Shown here one piece after another: positions 27,434 through 41,583 of a DNA stretch of 64,000 nucleotides (the stretch's first letter is position 1; the number at the start of each line of letters is the position of its first letter). Made by a program: the position numbers and the translations under genes. The notes under the pieces were generated by a model that was not told the origin of the DNA, ran no database searches, and worked only from the letters and a program-made list of their open reading frames with translations. Location: the NCBI GenBank assembly GCA_951406725.2, contig OX597827.1:67766001-67830000 (forward strand), written 5' to 3'. The stretch comes from Octopus vulgaris. Its lineage: Eukaryota.

Positions 27434-27436
<3 letters not shown>
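27224..27436 (+). mobile_element. CR1-group LINE 3' end
   Basis: FKIKLDRFLSDVPEEPTSRQEVQMKAAASNSLMH; paralogue of 1063-1268. Confidence 0.7.
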
Positions 27437-27475
<39 letters not shown>

Positions 27476-27872
27476 TAAATATGATATATAGAGAGAGGGG
27501 TTATAAGAAGTAATGGTGTCTCTCCAGGTTTTTCTTTCTTCCTTTTTTCTTCTTTTCTCTTCTTTCCTTTATCCCTCTCTTCCTGTTTTCGATTTGACCT
27601 TACAAATACATTCCCTACTTTTAGGTCACTTTAAATAAAACCCTCGATTCAATAGCACTGTGTACAAACTCTTTACTTGGAATGACCAATTTTAAATACT
27701 GTTGGAATTTACTCACAAAGAAGTGGAATCTTATATGTATACCATTCTGCCTAAATAATGAATCTACAAATGCAGTACCCCTGCATATCTCACATGTATT
27801 TTCATTCCTCCACTTCACTCTCTATTTCATATCTTATCGAAATTAACTATTGCTAAAGCATTTTTCCACACC

Positions 27873-27919
27873 GTCTCCGATGAAGGGATATAATAAATAT
27901 CCTGAAACAGCTGTAAGAC
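27873..27919 (+). ncRNA. Type I hammerhead motif, CCGATGA variant
   Basis: gtct-CCGATGA-a-gggatat(aataa)atatcct-GAA-acagctgt-A-agac; helix III is a perfect 8-nt palindrome. Confidence 0.72.
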
Positions 27920-28054
27920 CTTCTATTTATAAATGTTCTAAAATCTTCACAGGCTTATTTATCTCATTCTATAACGAAATTTATATATATATATATATAT
28001 ATAAATGTGTGTGTGTGTATACATATATACATATGCATTTATGCATATATATAA

Positions 28055-28441
28055 TTATAAAATTAATTAAGGGTAGAAATCAATATTTATCAATTAAAAC
28101 CAGTGGTCTAGCATATTAAAAAAGAATCCGAAGATTAAATATTTATTTATACCAATTAAGGACTGAACACGAAAAAGTGGACAGTCAACATGCTAGATAT
28201 AGACGTCAAATCGCCATTCCCCACAAAAGATTATGTTCTCAAGTCAAACTCAACACAAACCCAAGCAATAAACAAGTGAAAATATACGAAAAACAATACT
28301 TATCCATGTACTGAATCAGTTTCGACTATTATTATCTGTAAGGATACCTGTAGTCTTCGTCAGCATGGCCGATATAAATGCAATTTGCTGAACTAGATGT
28401 AAAAAAGATTCAGTCCACTTTTTCGTGTTCAGTCCTTAATT

Positions 28442-28447
<6 letters not shown>
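28055..28447 (-). mobile_element. Fold-back Penelope-like cassette with intact hammerhead
   Basis: Perfect inverted arms ataccaattaaggactgaacacgaaaaagtggac at about 28150-28183 and 28414-28447; leader aaaaccagtggtctagcata; (TA)n flanks. Confidence 0.75.
28304..28368 (-). ncRNA. Type I hammerhead ribozyme, canonical core
   Basis: Reverse complement ccatg-CTGACGA-a-gacta..tagtc-GAA-actga(t)tcagt-A-catgg. Predicted cleavage after GUA, between 28309 and 28308. Confidence 0.85.
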
Positions 28448-28489
<42 letters not shown>

Positions 28490-28635
28490 ATATATATAAT
28501 ATGATATATATATACATGCAAAGACATTTATTAGCATATAGATAACTAGCTAACTAGACACATACACAAAAAGACAGACAGACACACAGACACACAGACA
28601 CACAGACAGACAAACAGACAGACAAACAGACAGAC

Positions 28636-28716
<81 letters not shown>

Positions 28717-28721
28717 TTATA

Positions 28722-29075
28722 GAGTGCAATGCGTATGGACGCTTTCTTCTCTCAAGAGTTGGATTAATCATCCACTTAAAAATCACTTGAACCAGGGAAG
28801 AAACTAGCAGCTTGCATGATGCTTCCCCCCCCGCCATATCCTCCGCAGCACGTTTGTATTGAGTGTGGATTAATTTGCAAGTCAGGAACCGGTCTGACCC
28901 ACCCTGATAAAATACAAATGTCGGCCGATGATGCTATGAGACAGACAGTTTTCAAGTGTTACATCAATGAACGCTCTTATAGATGGGAAGCTGGTTTCAA
29001 GAACACACTGCTTGTACATGGTTGTGCCGGGTTCCGCGAAGGACTGGCACTCTTCTGACGAGAAGGCGCAATCAA
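28722..29075 (+). mobile_element. Degraded RTE-like LINE 3' end with tandem C2H2-like fingers
   Basis: ECNAYGRFLLSRVGLIIHLKNH / VCIECGLICKSGTGLTH / FKCYINERSYRWEAGFKNTLLVH, running into (CA)n. Confidence 0.55.
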
Positions 29076-29083
29076 CACACGTT

Positions 29084-29135
<52 letters not shown>

Positions 29136-29171
29136 CTTAAGCACACACACACAGAGATATTTGTGTGTGTG

Positions 29172-29497
29172 TGAAGGCGCATGGCTCAGTGGTTAGAGCG
29201 TCGTGCTTACGATCGTGAGGTTGTGAGTTTGATTCCCGGACCGAGCTGTGTGTTGTGTTCTTGTGCAAGATACTTTATTTCACGTTGCTCCAGTTAACTC
29301 AGCTGAAAAAATGAGTTGCGACGCCACAGGTGCCAAGCTATATCAGCCTTTGCCTTTCCCTTGGATAACACTGGTGGCGAGGCCGGTATGCATGGGCGAC
29401 TGCTGGTCTTCCATAAACAACCTTGCCCGGACTTGTGCCTTGGAGGGTAACTTTCTAGGTGCAATCCAATGGTCATTCATGACCGAAGGGGGTCTTC
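29172..29497 (+). mobile_element. SINE family D
   Basis: tRNA-like head tggctcagtggttagagc..gagtttgattccc; central ttcttgtgcaagatactttatttcacgttgctccag domain (Deu/Nin-like, from memory). Confidence 0.85.
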
Positions 29498-29514
29498 TCC
29501 TCCTATATACATTC

Positions 29515-29716
29515 AAAATGTGACCACGTGTGTACCGTTGGCGATTTTTTTCCTCCGTCTTCCCTTCTCTGGATCTTTCCTTCTCCTATGTTTCCGACGA
29601 AGAGCTCCGCTCGAAACGTTAAACCCTCCTTCTTTCCTGAGCGTGCAATAATACTATATTTGTTCCACGTCCTCGCGTTGTTGTGTTTTTTTGTGCTTTC
29701 AAGTTTGGATTAACTA
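29515..29716 (+). mobile_element. Penelope-like terminal fragment
   Basis: Homologous to 11206-11415 and ends in (TA)n. Confidence 0.65.
29590..29624 (+). ncRNA. Minimal hammerhead motif, CCGACGA variant
   Basis: gttt-CCGACGA-a-gagc(tcc)gctc-GAA-acgt-T-aaac. Confidence 0.65.
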
Positions 29717-29718
29717 TA

Positions 29719-29754
<36 letters not shown>

Positions 29755-30009
29755 TGTATGTATGCATATGATATTAATTGAGAGCATAGAAAGATATTTT
29801 TTTACCCTATATGCAGAATATGTGTGTGTGTGTATGTGTATAAACCAAAATTTTATAATTAATTTATAATTATAATAGGGCACAGGATATACCAGCATCG
29901 CTATGAAAATCAGAGTCGAAAACTCCTCTACACAGAACCCACCAATCACTGGAAATGTAAAAAGCACAACAGAAACCGGGCTTCGAACAAAGAATGAGGA
30001 ATATACGTT

Positions 30010-30067
30010 CCTGGATCAATTGATTTCAAATTTTCAGACCTTACCTCTCTTAAATCTCATCAGCAGG
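30010..30067 (-). ncRNA. Type I hammerhead motif, canonical core
   Basis: Reverse complement cctg-CTGATGA-gattt..aaatt(t)-GAA-atcaattgat-C-cagg. Helix III is a 10-nt palindrome; helix II is weak. Confidence 0.72.
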
Positions 30068-30094
30068 TCTCACTATATACCGCCTTTTATGATA

Positions 30095-30305
30095 ATGATT
30101 TCAAATTTTGGCATGATGCAACGTCCGGGAAAGAGGACTAGTCGATAACATCGACCCCAGTGCTCAACTGGAATTTATTTTATCGACCCCGAAATCATGA
30201 AAGGCAAAGTGGACCCCGGTGGATTTAGAACACAGAACATAAAGACAGACGAAATGACGCTAAGCATTTTGTACAACATGCTAACGATTCTACGCGCTCT
30301 GGCCC
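30095..30305 (-). mobile_element. SINE family B, degraded
   Basis: tatcgaccccgaaatcatgaaaggcaaagt. Confidence 0.7.
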
Positions 30306-30590
30306 TTAGCCATGGGGTTATATTAGAAGCCACTAAAACGGCTGCCGAAGGTCCGTGCTGTGGGACCGAACCCAAAACTATAGTTATATAAAGAATAAAG
30401 AAATGGATAAACAAATAAATAAATTTCAAAAGCATGACTTCAGTTTTCATGTAATTGTTTTAATAATTCAAAAACATATTTTGTGCATTTCACTTGCAAA
30501 GAAGGTTATCAAAACATTATTAAACAGTTTTTTCTCTGCTCTCTATCAAGTCTGCTGTGCTTTTGTGTGCGTAATTTATGTTTATATACG

Positions 30591-30656
<66 letters not shown>

Positions 30657-30745
30657 CATATATATTTATATATATATTTTTACACAGACATATATATATA
30701 TGTATGTATATAAATATATATACGTAAATATAAATATATATATAA

Positions 30746-30814
<69 letters not shown>

Positions 30815-30823
30815 CCTACATAC

Positions 30824-30867
<44 letters not shown>

Positions 30868-31583
30868 TTGTGTGTGTAACTATTTATGTATATACATGTG
30901 TGTGTGTGAGTGCTTGGATGATGTGTTTAATATGTTAGTAGTCCCGATAGGGTCTCTAGGGGCGTGACATGACCAGCGACCCCCAGCACGCCGAACAGCA
31001 TATGTTCCGGTAATCTGCACAGAAAATTCGGAAGTCAAGAGATTGATAGATTAAAAAACCATTTAAAAGCTTGTAATAACTTTCCCCTCTGTCGACGTAC
31101 ATGAAGCTACCCTCGGACGTTGAAGACACGAAGGTGGTGGCGGTGGGGTGGGGGCTGTAGGGGTAGCGATTTTCGTGGGTGAGAAGAGGAGGGGGAGAAG
31201 GAAGAGGGGGGACAAAGGGATGTAATCCGTCGGGCTTCATGAAAACGTTACTTGGACATAGACAAAACACGGTAGTATCATAAATACACATACACACACA
31301 CAGATATATATATATATATACATATGTGTGTGTGTGTATATATATATGTATATATATATATACACACACACACACACATGTATATATTGTGGGAGGGATA
31401 TGTGCTTGCATGTAAGTGTCTATGTACGTGTGTATATATATATATGTATGTGTGTGTAACAGAGAGAGAGAGTGATGGAGTATGTGTATGTAAATTTATA
31501 TATATATGTGTGTGTATGTATATATATATGCATATGCATACACACACATTATATATATATATACACACACATTTATGTACGTG

Positions 31584-31622
<39 letters not shown>

Positions 31623-31699
31623 TTATGTACGTGTAGGTATATATATATATTACACGTACATGTATACGTATATATACATGTGTATATATACGTATATAA

Positions 31700-31744
<45 letters not shown>

Positions 31745-32297
31745 TGTATATATATATATATATATATATACATTTATGTACCGTCTGTATATATAGCAAA
31801 CATTCAATATTGAATTTGTTGTATAAACACGGAGTCATGTGTTTTTATGATTTTAACAGCTTCACTGGAGTCTGTCTCAGGTCGTTTCTTTATGCCTTCA
31901 GTAAATGTCTCGCTTGGAAATCTCGTACCGTATCGCACCGTAATGTATGAATAAACGCTTTACCGATTCGTAAATAAAATTGGTGTATAGAAGAACCATT
32001 ATAAAACCAATGTAACGTGAATTGGACAAGATGTTGGACATTCAATTCATATGGATACAAGCAGCGTCGTGCGTGGGGAGGACGTCTGCTTCCAAATCTT
32101 ATGGCTTCGGGTTAAGTGGTTCATTCGTTTCATTGCGTAGCATCTTGGCTATTGCCTCTACCACTACATTGAGCTAATAAACCAAGCCTTATGATTCCAA
32201 ATATCTTAGGTAAAAAATATTTTCTAAATTCGACACCCGGTTTTACTAAACCACTTGTTACTTAGAATCGTTCAACGGATTCCATTTCGTTGCTAAA

Positions 32298-32934
<637 letters not shown>

Positions 32935-33044
32935 ATATACGAGGGGTACCCAAAAGTAACAAGAAACGTACATTGTGGGACAAACCCTTTGTACATTATT
33001 TGCAATGTTTACATTATTTACATTATTTACATTTGACGGATATT

Positions 33045-33240
33045 TGTCTAGACGTTTTGTGAAGACTTCTACGACTACACCTTGCAGATACCTGAAGTTC
33101 TGTGGTAAGGCATTAAATATTGTGGTCCCTTGAACCATAAGCTATTACAATATTGGGTTCGTATCCTTGATGGAGAAAATGGGACTTTGGTACCGTTGCA
33201 GTACCGCCCAGTTCGGAGATTGTTGTAGATTTCAAGTCAT
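33045..33240 (-). mobile_element. CR1-group LINE ORF2 fragment
   Basis: Frameshifted RTGRYC..SRIRTQYCNSLWFKGPQ/IFNALPQNFRYLQGVVVEVFTKRLD, the region just upstream of the LD.FL..VPDEP motif. Confidence 0.6.
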
Positions 33241-33322
33241 TGAATTTCATATCAGTGTCTTACAAAGAGAGATATAGAATGATCGATCGATAGATTGATT
33301 GATTTGTGCATGTATATGTTTC

Positions 33323-33552
33323 TTTTTTACCCAGAAGAGGCTAAACATAGAGGGGGACAAAAACAAGGACAGACAAAGGGATTAAGTCGATTACATCGAC
33401 CCCCAGTGCGTTACTGGTACTTAATTTATCGACCCCGAAAGAATGAAAGGCAAAGTCGACCTTAGCGGAATTTGAACTCAGAACATAACGACGGGCGAAA
33501 TGTCGCGAAGCACTTCGCCCGGCGTGCTAACGTCTCTGCCAGCTCGCCGCCT
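33323..33552 (-). mobile_element. SINE family B
   Basis: Reverse complement of 54092-54321. Confidence 0.9.
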
Positions 33553-33587
33553 TATTGATTGATATGTGTATGTATACCTGTATATCT

Positions 33588-33984
33588 CTCTTTACTCTTT
33601 TACTTGTTTCAGTCATTTGACTGCGGCCATGCTGGAGCACCGCCTTTAATCGAACAACTCGACCCCGGGGCTTATTCTTTTGTAAGCCCAGTACTTATTC
33701 TATCGGTGTCTTTTGCCGAACCGCTAAGTTACGGGGACGTAAACACAGCAGCATCTGTTGTCAAGCGATGTTGGGGGGACAAACACAGACACACAAACAC
33801 ATACACACATATATATATACATATACATATATACGACGGGCTTCTTTCAGTTTCCGTCTACCAAATCCACTCACAAGGCTTTGGTCAGCCCGTGGCTATG
33901 GCAGAAGACACTTGCCCAAGGTGCCACGCAGTGGGACTGAACCCGGAACCATGTGGTTGGTAAGCAAGCTACTTACCACACCTG
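33588..33984 (-). mobile_element. SINE family A, near full length
   Basis: Reverse complement of 32410-32934. Confidence 0.9.
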
Positions 33985-34062
33985 TATATATGCATATATG
34001 TAATAATATTTATGAATGTATGCGTGTACTATGTTTTAAGTAAGTCTATATACATTAAACTG

Positions 34063-34370
34063 TGGAGGCGCAATGGCCCAGTGGTTAGGGCAGCGGACTC
34101 GCGGTTGTAGGATCGCGGTTTCGATTCCCAGACCGGGCGTTGTGAGTGTTTATTGAGCGAAAACACCTAAGAGCTCGACGAGGCTCCGGCAGGGGGTGGT
34201 GATCCCTGCTGTACTCTTTCACCACTCTTTCTTTCACTCTTTCTTCTGTTGGCCTGCTCGCTTAGCCAGCGGGGTGGCGTCATTCGAAGGCTAAAACAAT
34301 GCGAACGCATTGTGACCAGCGATGTGTAACTACATCTGATGGACTGGTCGGTCACGTGATCACGTGATAT
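34063..34370 (+). mobile_element. SINE family C (tail 1)
   Basis: A-box tggcccagtgg, B-box-like gtttcgattcc, tail ending (tcacgtga)2. Confidence 0.9.
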
Positions 34371-35285
34371 ACATTAAACTATGAAAAGAATCTGTTGATC
34401 CTATATGACTCGTTTATTTACGTGTTTGTGTGTATACGTGTCCCTTTTCACTCGCGGGTTCAGGTGTGCATATATGCTTGTGTGTATACGTGTGTGTGTG
34501 TGTGTGTTGTGTGCGTGCGCGCATGTGTAAATGTATCGCGTATAGTTACGTGGGTGTAGGCGTTTACCTAATTAAATCCACTTCATAGTTTCACAGGGAT
34601 CCCGAATGGAAGTGAAGCGGAGAAATAGATTCATAGAAACGAATAGCAAAATATGTATAGATGTCTGCATGCATATATACGTACGTGCATGTGTTGGAAT
34701 GCGATTGTATAAATGAGCGTAGGATGTCTGAATGAATGAAGCGGTGGAGGATATGATTAACAAATGGGTATTTAATGTACAATGTCAAACAGATATGTAG
34801 ATATGTAGATATATCTGTCTATGACAACATAGAATTCTTGTGGTTAATTCATGAAAATTCTTGTCTGTGTTGCGAAAGTTCTGGGGGAACGGACGGGATG
34901 ATGAGTTTTATATGAAAATGTGTGTGCTGAAAGGAGGGTGAGGTTGTGTTTCTTTAGGCTCGACATTGTTTCTTTAAAGGAGCGTATTGTGTGTGTGCAT
35001 ATATATACATAAATATATATACATCCACACACACATTCCCCTCTCCCACACACACACACATATATACATACATATTTGAAAGTCTTTGTCAAGTTTATAT
35101 AATACAGTTTTTAAGCATAAACGAGATTTTAAAAATTCCAAGTTAGATAAGCATTTATCAGAATGTTTCCTAACCATTTTTAGAAGAATTTTTTTTTTAG
35201 CCTAGTGTCTGTGAGCACTTTCGATTAACCTTTTCGAACACAAGTGCTTTTACTTAATGTGTGTGTGTATATATATATATGCATA

Positions 35286-35575
<290 letters not shown>

Positions 35576-35725
35576 ATATATATATATATATGTATATGTA
35601 TATATATGTATATGTATATATAAATATATATATGTATATATATATATGTATTTATACACATATATATACACACACACACACACATATATATGTAGTTGTG
35701 TATATATTTATATATGTGCGCATGT

Positions 35726-36074
35726 GTGGGGGAGCAATGGCCCATTGGTTAGGGCAGTGGACTCGCGGTCATAGAATCGCGGTTTCTATTCCCAGACCGG
35801 GCATTGTGAATGCTTACTGAGCGAAAACACCCAAAGCTCCTCGGGGCTTCAGCAGTGGGTAGGTGACGAATCCTGTTGTACTCTTTCGCCACAACTTTCT
35901 CTCACTCTTTCTTCCTCAATATGCTGTACTTGTATTTCAGAGGGTCAGCCTTGTCACACTCTGTGTCGCGCTGAATTTCCCCGAGAACTTCTTTAAGGCT
36001 ACAAGTGGCGTGCTCAACCACCTGCACGTTAATTTCAACTGGAACCCTCGCCGTCGTAACCGATAGAGTGCCAC
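35726..36074 (+). mobile_element. SINE family C (tail 2), diverged
   Basis: Matches 5074-5436. Confidence 0.85.
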
Positions 36075-36091
36075 AACATACATATATATAT

Positions 36092-36156
<65 letters not shown>

Positions 36157-36160
<4 letters not shown>

Positions 36161-36465
36161 AGGCGCAATGGCCCAGTGGCTAGGGCCGGCGGACTCGCGG
36201 TGGTAGAATCGCGGTTTCGATTCCCAGACCGGGCGTTGTGATTGTTTATTGAGAGAAAACACCTAAAGCTTCACGAGGCTCCTGCAGGGGGTGGTGGTGA
36301 TACTTGCTGTACTCTTTCGCCACAACTTTCTCACGCTCTTTCTTCTGTTGGCCTGCTCGCTTAGCCAGCGGGGTGGCATCATTTGAAGGCTAAAATAATG
36401 CGAAGCGCATTGTGACCAGCGATGTGTAGCAACATCTGATAACCTGGTCGGTCACGGTGATCACG

Positions 36466-36470
<5 letters not shown>
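36157..36470 (+). mobile_element. SINE family C (tail 1)
   Basis: Matches 34063-34370. Confidence 0.9.
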
Positions 36471-36505
<35 letters not shown>

Positions 36506-36507
<2 letters not shown>

Positions 36508-36917
36508 CGCTGGTGTGGCTCTGTGTTAAGAAGTTTATTTCTCAACCACATGATCCTGGGTTCAGCACCTTGCGCAAATGCCTTCTTTTGCATCGGGCCG
36601 ATCAAAGCTTTGATAGTGGATTTTGTAGGCGGAAATTGAAGGAAGCCCGTCGTATATATGAATATATATCTATCTGTGTGTATGTGTGTGCTTGTGTAGG
36701 TGTTTGTCCATACCATCGTTTGACAACCGGTGTTGGTTTGTTTACACATTCCTAACTGAGCGGCTTGGCAAAAAATTGATACAATAAGTAAAAGGCTTTA
36801 AAAAAAAATAAATTCTGGGGTCGATTCATTCGATTGAAATCTAAAGTACTTTTCGAAGCTGTGCCCCAATAAACCATGGCCACAGTCTAATGACTAAAAC
36901 ATTGAACAGATAAAAGA
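36506..36917 (+). mobile_element. SINE family A, older diverged copy
   Basis: Head and tail recognisable. Confidence 0.8.
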
Positions 36918-36946
36918 TATATGTACATATATATATATATATATAT

Positions 36947-37987
36947 ATAATTAATCAATATAGGGTGTGTGTGTGTGTGTTTTTTGTGTGTGTTAGTGGG
37001 AAAAAAATTAAATAGTCATAGACCATTTATAAATTCAACAGCAAAATCAAGGAACGGCCATAAAAGGCCATTCACCCACTAGAAATAACAGCCAAGGCTT
37101 CAACCGCAAAACAACATTAATTCCGTAAACCAGGAGAAAATTTTAAAAACATTTACCCTGTAATTCTTTATACGATGCACCGTTTCGTCTATTGTTTAAT
37201 GGTAAACTAACCTGATTAAATTAAATCAAGCTAGTCTTCAAGATTTAATTTAATCAGGTTAGTTACCATTAAACAATAGACGAAACGGTGCATCAAGCTA
37301 GTCTTCAAGACTAGCTTGATTTAATTTAATCAGGTTAGTTTACCATTAAACAATAGACGAAACGGTGCATCGTATAAAGAATTACAGGGTAAATGTTTTT
37401 TTAATTTTCTCCTGGTTTACGGAATTAATGTTGTTTTGCGGTTGAAGCCTTGGCTGTTATTTCTAGTGGGTGAATGGCCTATTATGGCCGTTCCTTGATT
37501 TTGCTGTTGAATTTATAAATGGTCTATGACTATTTAATTTTTTCCCACTAGGTTGCTGGTGGCAAAAAAATTCTGCGAAATTTTTTGCCACCCTATATTG
37601 ATTAATTATGAATTTTCTGGTTAATTCCGTAATGGAATCGGCGGCTTATATTTGCTGCCGATAAATTTGGCGCGAGTGCGATGATTTGAAAATTTTAGGT
37701 CAGATATTGCCGAGACAGTGGTGGAAGTGCCTCGTGTAAATATTTGCTCCGATCTGGCCGTTCTTTACTGATAAATCTATCGGCCTATGGAAGACTAGCT
37801 TGATTTAATTTAATCAGGTTAGTTTACCATTAAACAATAGACGAAACGGTGCATCGTATAAAGAATTACAGGGTAAATGTTTTTTTAATTTCCTCCTGGT
37901 TTACGGAATTAATGTTGTTTTGCGGTTGAAGCCTTGGCTGTTATTTCTAGTGGGTGAATGGCGTATTATGGCCGTTCCTTGATTTTG

Positions 37988-37990
<3 letters not shown>
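36947..37990 (+). mobile_element. Penelope-like inverted + tandem terminal repeat complex
   Basis: About 36947-37239 is the reverse complement of about 37307-37608; 37791-37990 is a direct repeat of about 37307-37505. Confidence 0.75.
37761..37865 (+). ncRNA. Hammerhead motif with extended helix II (two G>A changes)
   Basis: ttcttta-CTGATAA-atctat...atagac-GAA-acggtgcatcgt-A-taaagaa; 7-bp helix I and near-palindromic helix III. Confidence 0.65.
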
Positions 37991-38055
<65 letters not shown>

Positions 38056-38109
38056 TTATTTATATATATATATATATTTATTTATATATGTATATAATAT
38101 ATGTATATA

Positions 38110-38169
<60 letters not shown>

Positions 38170-38240
38170 TTATGTTACTATCTGTGTATATTCCACTGAA
38201 GATGCAAAGCATTTATTATGCAAACCCAGAAATCCGGTAT

Positions 38241-38327
<87 letters not shown>

Positions 38328-38494
38328 TGTATGCATGTATATGTTATTTGCGTCATAATAGTTTATAACCTTGAAGAGAGGTGGAAGAAATAGTTTTCAG
38401 CCTTGAAACTCGGGGTAACTAAAGATATAGTTGCGTGTTAAATATTGGTTTTACAACACACTAGGACCGAAAGAAAACTTAAAAGAGGCATATT

Positions 38495-39056
<562 letters not shown>

Positions 39057-39220
39057 GCAGCCTGGACAATAAAAATAATAATATACAAAAAAAAGAACAT
39101 AAATCAACTCATGAAAAAAAAAACAGAAAAAAAACAGAAATGTGCAACAACAGAAGCGAAACCAAATTCACGAGCTAAAATAAAAAAAAAATAGAAATAA
39201 AAAAAGAACACAGAAATAAA

Positions 39221-39262
<42 letters not shown>

Positions 39263-39455
39263 TAATAAACAAAACTATTCTTCCTTTTTATGAATAATGG
39301 TAAACAAAATTAGGCAATTATTTCTTTTGTAGCATAGTAACACTGGACGGTGAGGTTTCGGGTGTGTAAAGATTGAACCCAAAGTACAAAGACGTTTTTT
39401 GAATATCTGTGCGATATTTTCGTGATTGTTATTCTTAGCTGGAATATATATATAT

Positions 39456-39524
<69 letters not shown>

Positions 39525-39790
39525 TATATGTAGGGCATGGAGTCAAAGTAATAAACAACAAAAACAGCAACAACAAAAAGAAACAAATGGAAAAATAACG
39601 ATTTCGATATTGTCTGCTTGTTTTGTTGAGGGCATAAATAATGATAATAATAATGATAATAATAATAATAATGATGATGATGATAATAATAATAATATTA
39701 ATGATAATGATAATGATAATTATAATCATAATAATAACAATAATAATAATGATAATAATAATAATAACAATAACAATAATGATGATTATG

Positions 39791-39858
<68 letters not shown>

Positions 39859-40599
39859 CTGTATAATAAGAATGGTGACGATGATGATAATAATGGTGAT
39901 GATGATCGTTAATGTGTGCGCGTATGTACGTAAGAATACACACACACACATACACACACGCACACACATACATATCTATATAATAAATGCGAGAACTAAT
40001 TTTTTTATGTGTCAGTGTGTCACACATCGACTACCTCTCTCATTATTCATTGACACTTCTACTATTGCTCATACTGGGGTGAGAGTCTTAGTAGGTATAG
40101 AGACGGTGAGAGCAGTGGCAAAAACAGATAGACAGACAGACAGACAGAAAAAAAGAGAGGGAGAGAAAGCGACCCAAGGAAATTTAGAGAGAGTTGATGC
40201 TTGTATTAAAAATAATAGTGTTGATGGGGGCAGTGGGAGTAATAATAAAAGTGAGAGAAATAGTGGGTGTGTGAGAGAAAGAGGGACTGAACACTGAACC
40301 AACATACTGAACTAACATACTGACCGATGGTAATTGGTGGTAGCCGAGGCGGTCAAGGATGACGGTGAGAGTAAGTGATGCGAAAAGAGAGTGGTGGGGG
40401 TGTCGGTAAGGATAGCGACGAAGTCAAGGTATTGATGGTGGTGGCGTCAGAAGTCTGAATGGTGTTTGTATGGCAGATGTAATGGCGATGGTGGTGGTAC
40501 TGTTGTTTATCATACAGCTTTGCAATAAGTTCCGAGTCGACAAAGTATATCATTGTTTTAATGAAAATTGTTCATTGCTTGAAAAATATTTTTCAAGTC

Positions 40600-40761
40600 T
40601 AATAAAATATAATATGAACTCAATGCATCAAGTGTCATTGTTGGGCCCAAGGTCTAATGAAGTAGATTGACAAAATTATTTTTGGAACCTGTTGAAGAGA
40701 CACGAGATGTCGAAATATTGTTCACTTGATGACACTGGCACTCTTCTTTTAATTTTGACTC

Positions 40762-40762
<1 letters not shown>
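40600..40762 (+). mobile_element. (TTA)n-terminating element with HHR-like motif (40685-40723)
   Basis: TTGAAGA-gac(acgagat)gtc-GAA-atat-T-gttc; paralogue at 18278-18457. Confidence 0.5.
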
Positions 40763-40824
<62 letters not shown>

Positions 40825-40856
40825 CATCATCATCATTATCATCATCATTATTATTA

Positions 40857-40925
<69 letters not shown>

Positions 40926-40927
<2 letters not shown>

Positions 40928-41391
40928 GAGTGAGAGAGCAGTGCGTGCCATCAAAGTGACACTGGGGTAAAATATACAAAGCCCAGTATACCCATCATGA
41001 CCACCCGTCCGAGAAGGGTACACCAGGCACATGCATCACAACCATATGTGCGTGACATGGTGATCTCATATCAAGATAAACAGCGCATGACCTTGCAGGG
41101 GGGGGGGACCAGTTAGAATTTTCTTCTGGTCGAGTAACCCATCCCGCTCAAAAGGTCCCTGAATAAGGATTTTTTAAGGATGTTGAACGAAGCACCCATG
41201 TTTCCAAAGATGAATTATTCAAACCTTAAAGAATTCCTTTCAACACATGGGTATGATGCTCCCCCACTACTTCTGCTCATGATCAGAGATGCACATATTA
41301 TCAGTCACCAAGGGACATGCTCAACTGGTTAAGGTCAAACAACTGACAAGCAAATCTGTGGTATTGAGCTGAATATTTGCTGTAGCCCATC

Positions 41392-41395
<4 letters not shown>
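40926..41395 (-). mobile_element. Family E retroelement end in (TAA)n
   Basis: Longer copy of 24766-25070. Confidence 0.75.
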
Positions 41396-41428
<33 letters not shown>

Positions 41429-41446
41429 GTTATTATTATTATTATT

Positions 41447-41583
41447 CTATGTTTGAGTTTTGCTTTATATTTGTACAAGTTGGCTCCAAGTCTCACCCAG
41501 AGACCTCAAGAGACAACAGGTTGGAAGTTCATGTTGTTGTTATGCCTAGTGTGCCATATATTTGGGGGGGAGTTTTTGGTGTT

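Noticed and set aside
28722-29075. Host C2H2 zinc-finger gene
   Set aside because: The fingers are broken, lack TGEKP linkers, and end at a (CA)n tract like a LINE 3' end.
30956-31280. Minus-strand ORF with a non-repetitive Pro-rich segment
   Set aside because: There is no recognisable domain or clear splice sites, and the ORF begins in a microsatellite.
32938-32962. Solitary mariner-like TIR ends (also about 4445-4475)
   Set aside because: No partner TIR or transposase sequence, and too short to call.
34063-34140. tRNA genes at SINE heads (also 29172, 32410, 54092)
   Set aside because: A/B-box-like motifs are present, but I could not form a complete cloverleaf and each head continues into a SINE body.
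38190-38425. Two further HHR-like strings (CTGAAGA..GAAA at 38196; TTGAAGA..GAAA at 38371), and similar ones at about 2875, 21805, 46120 and 56292
   Set aside because: Helix I or core nucleotides are missing. They may be decayed copies but are not supportable individually.
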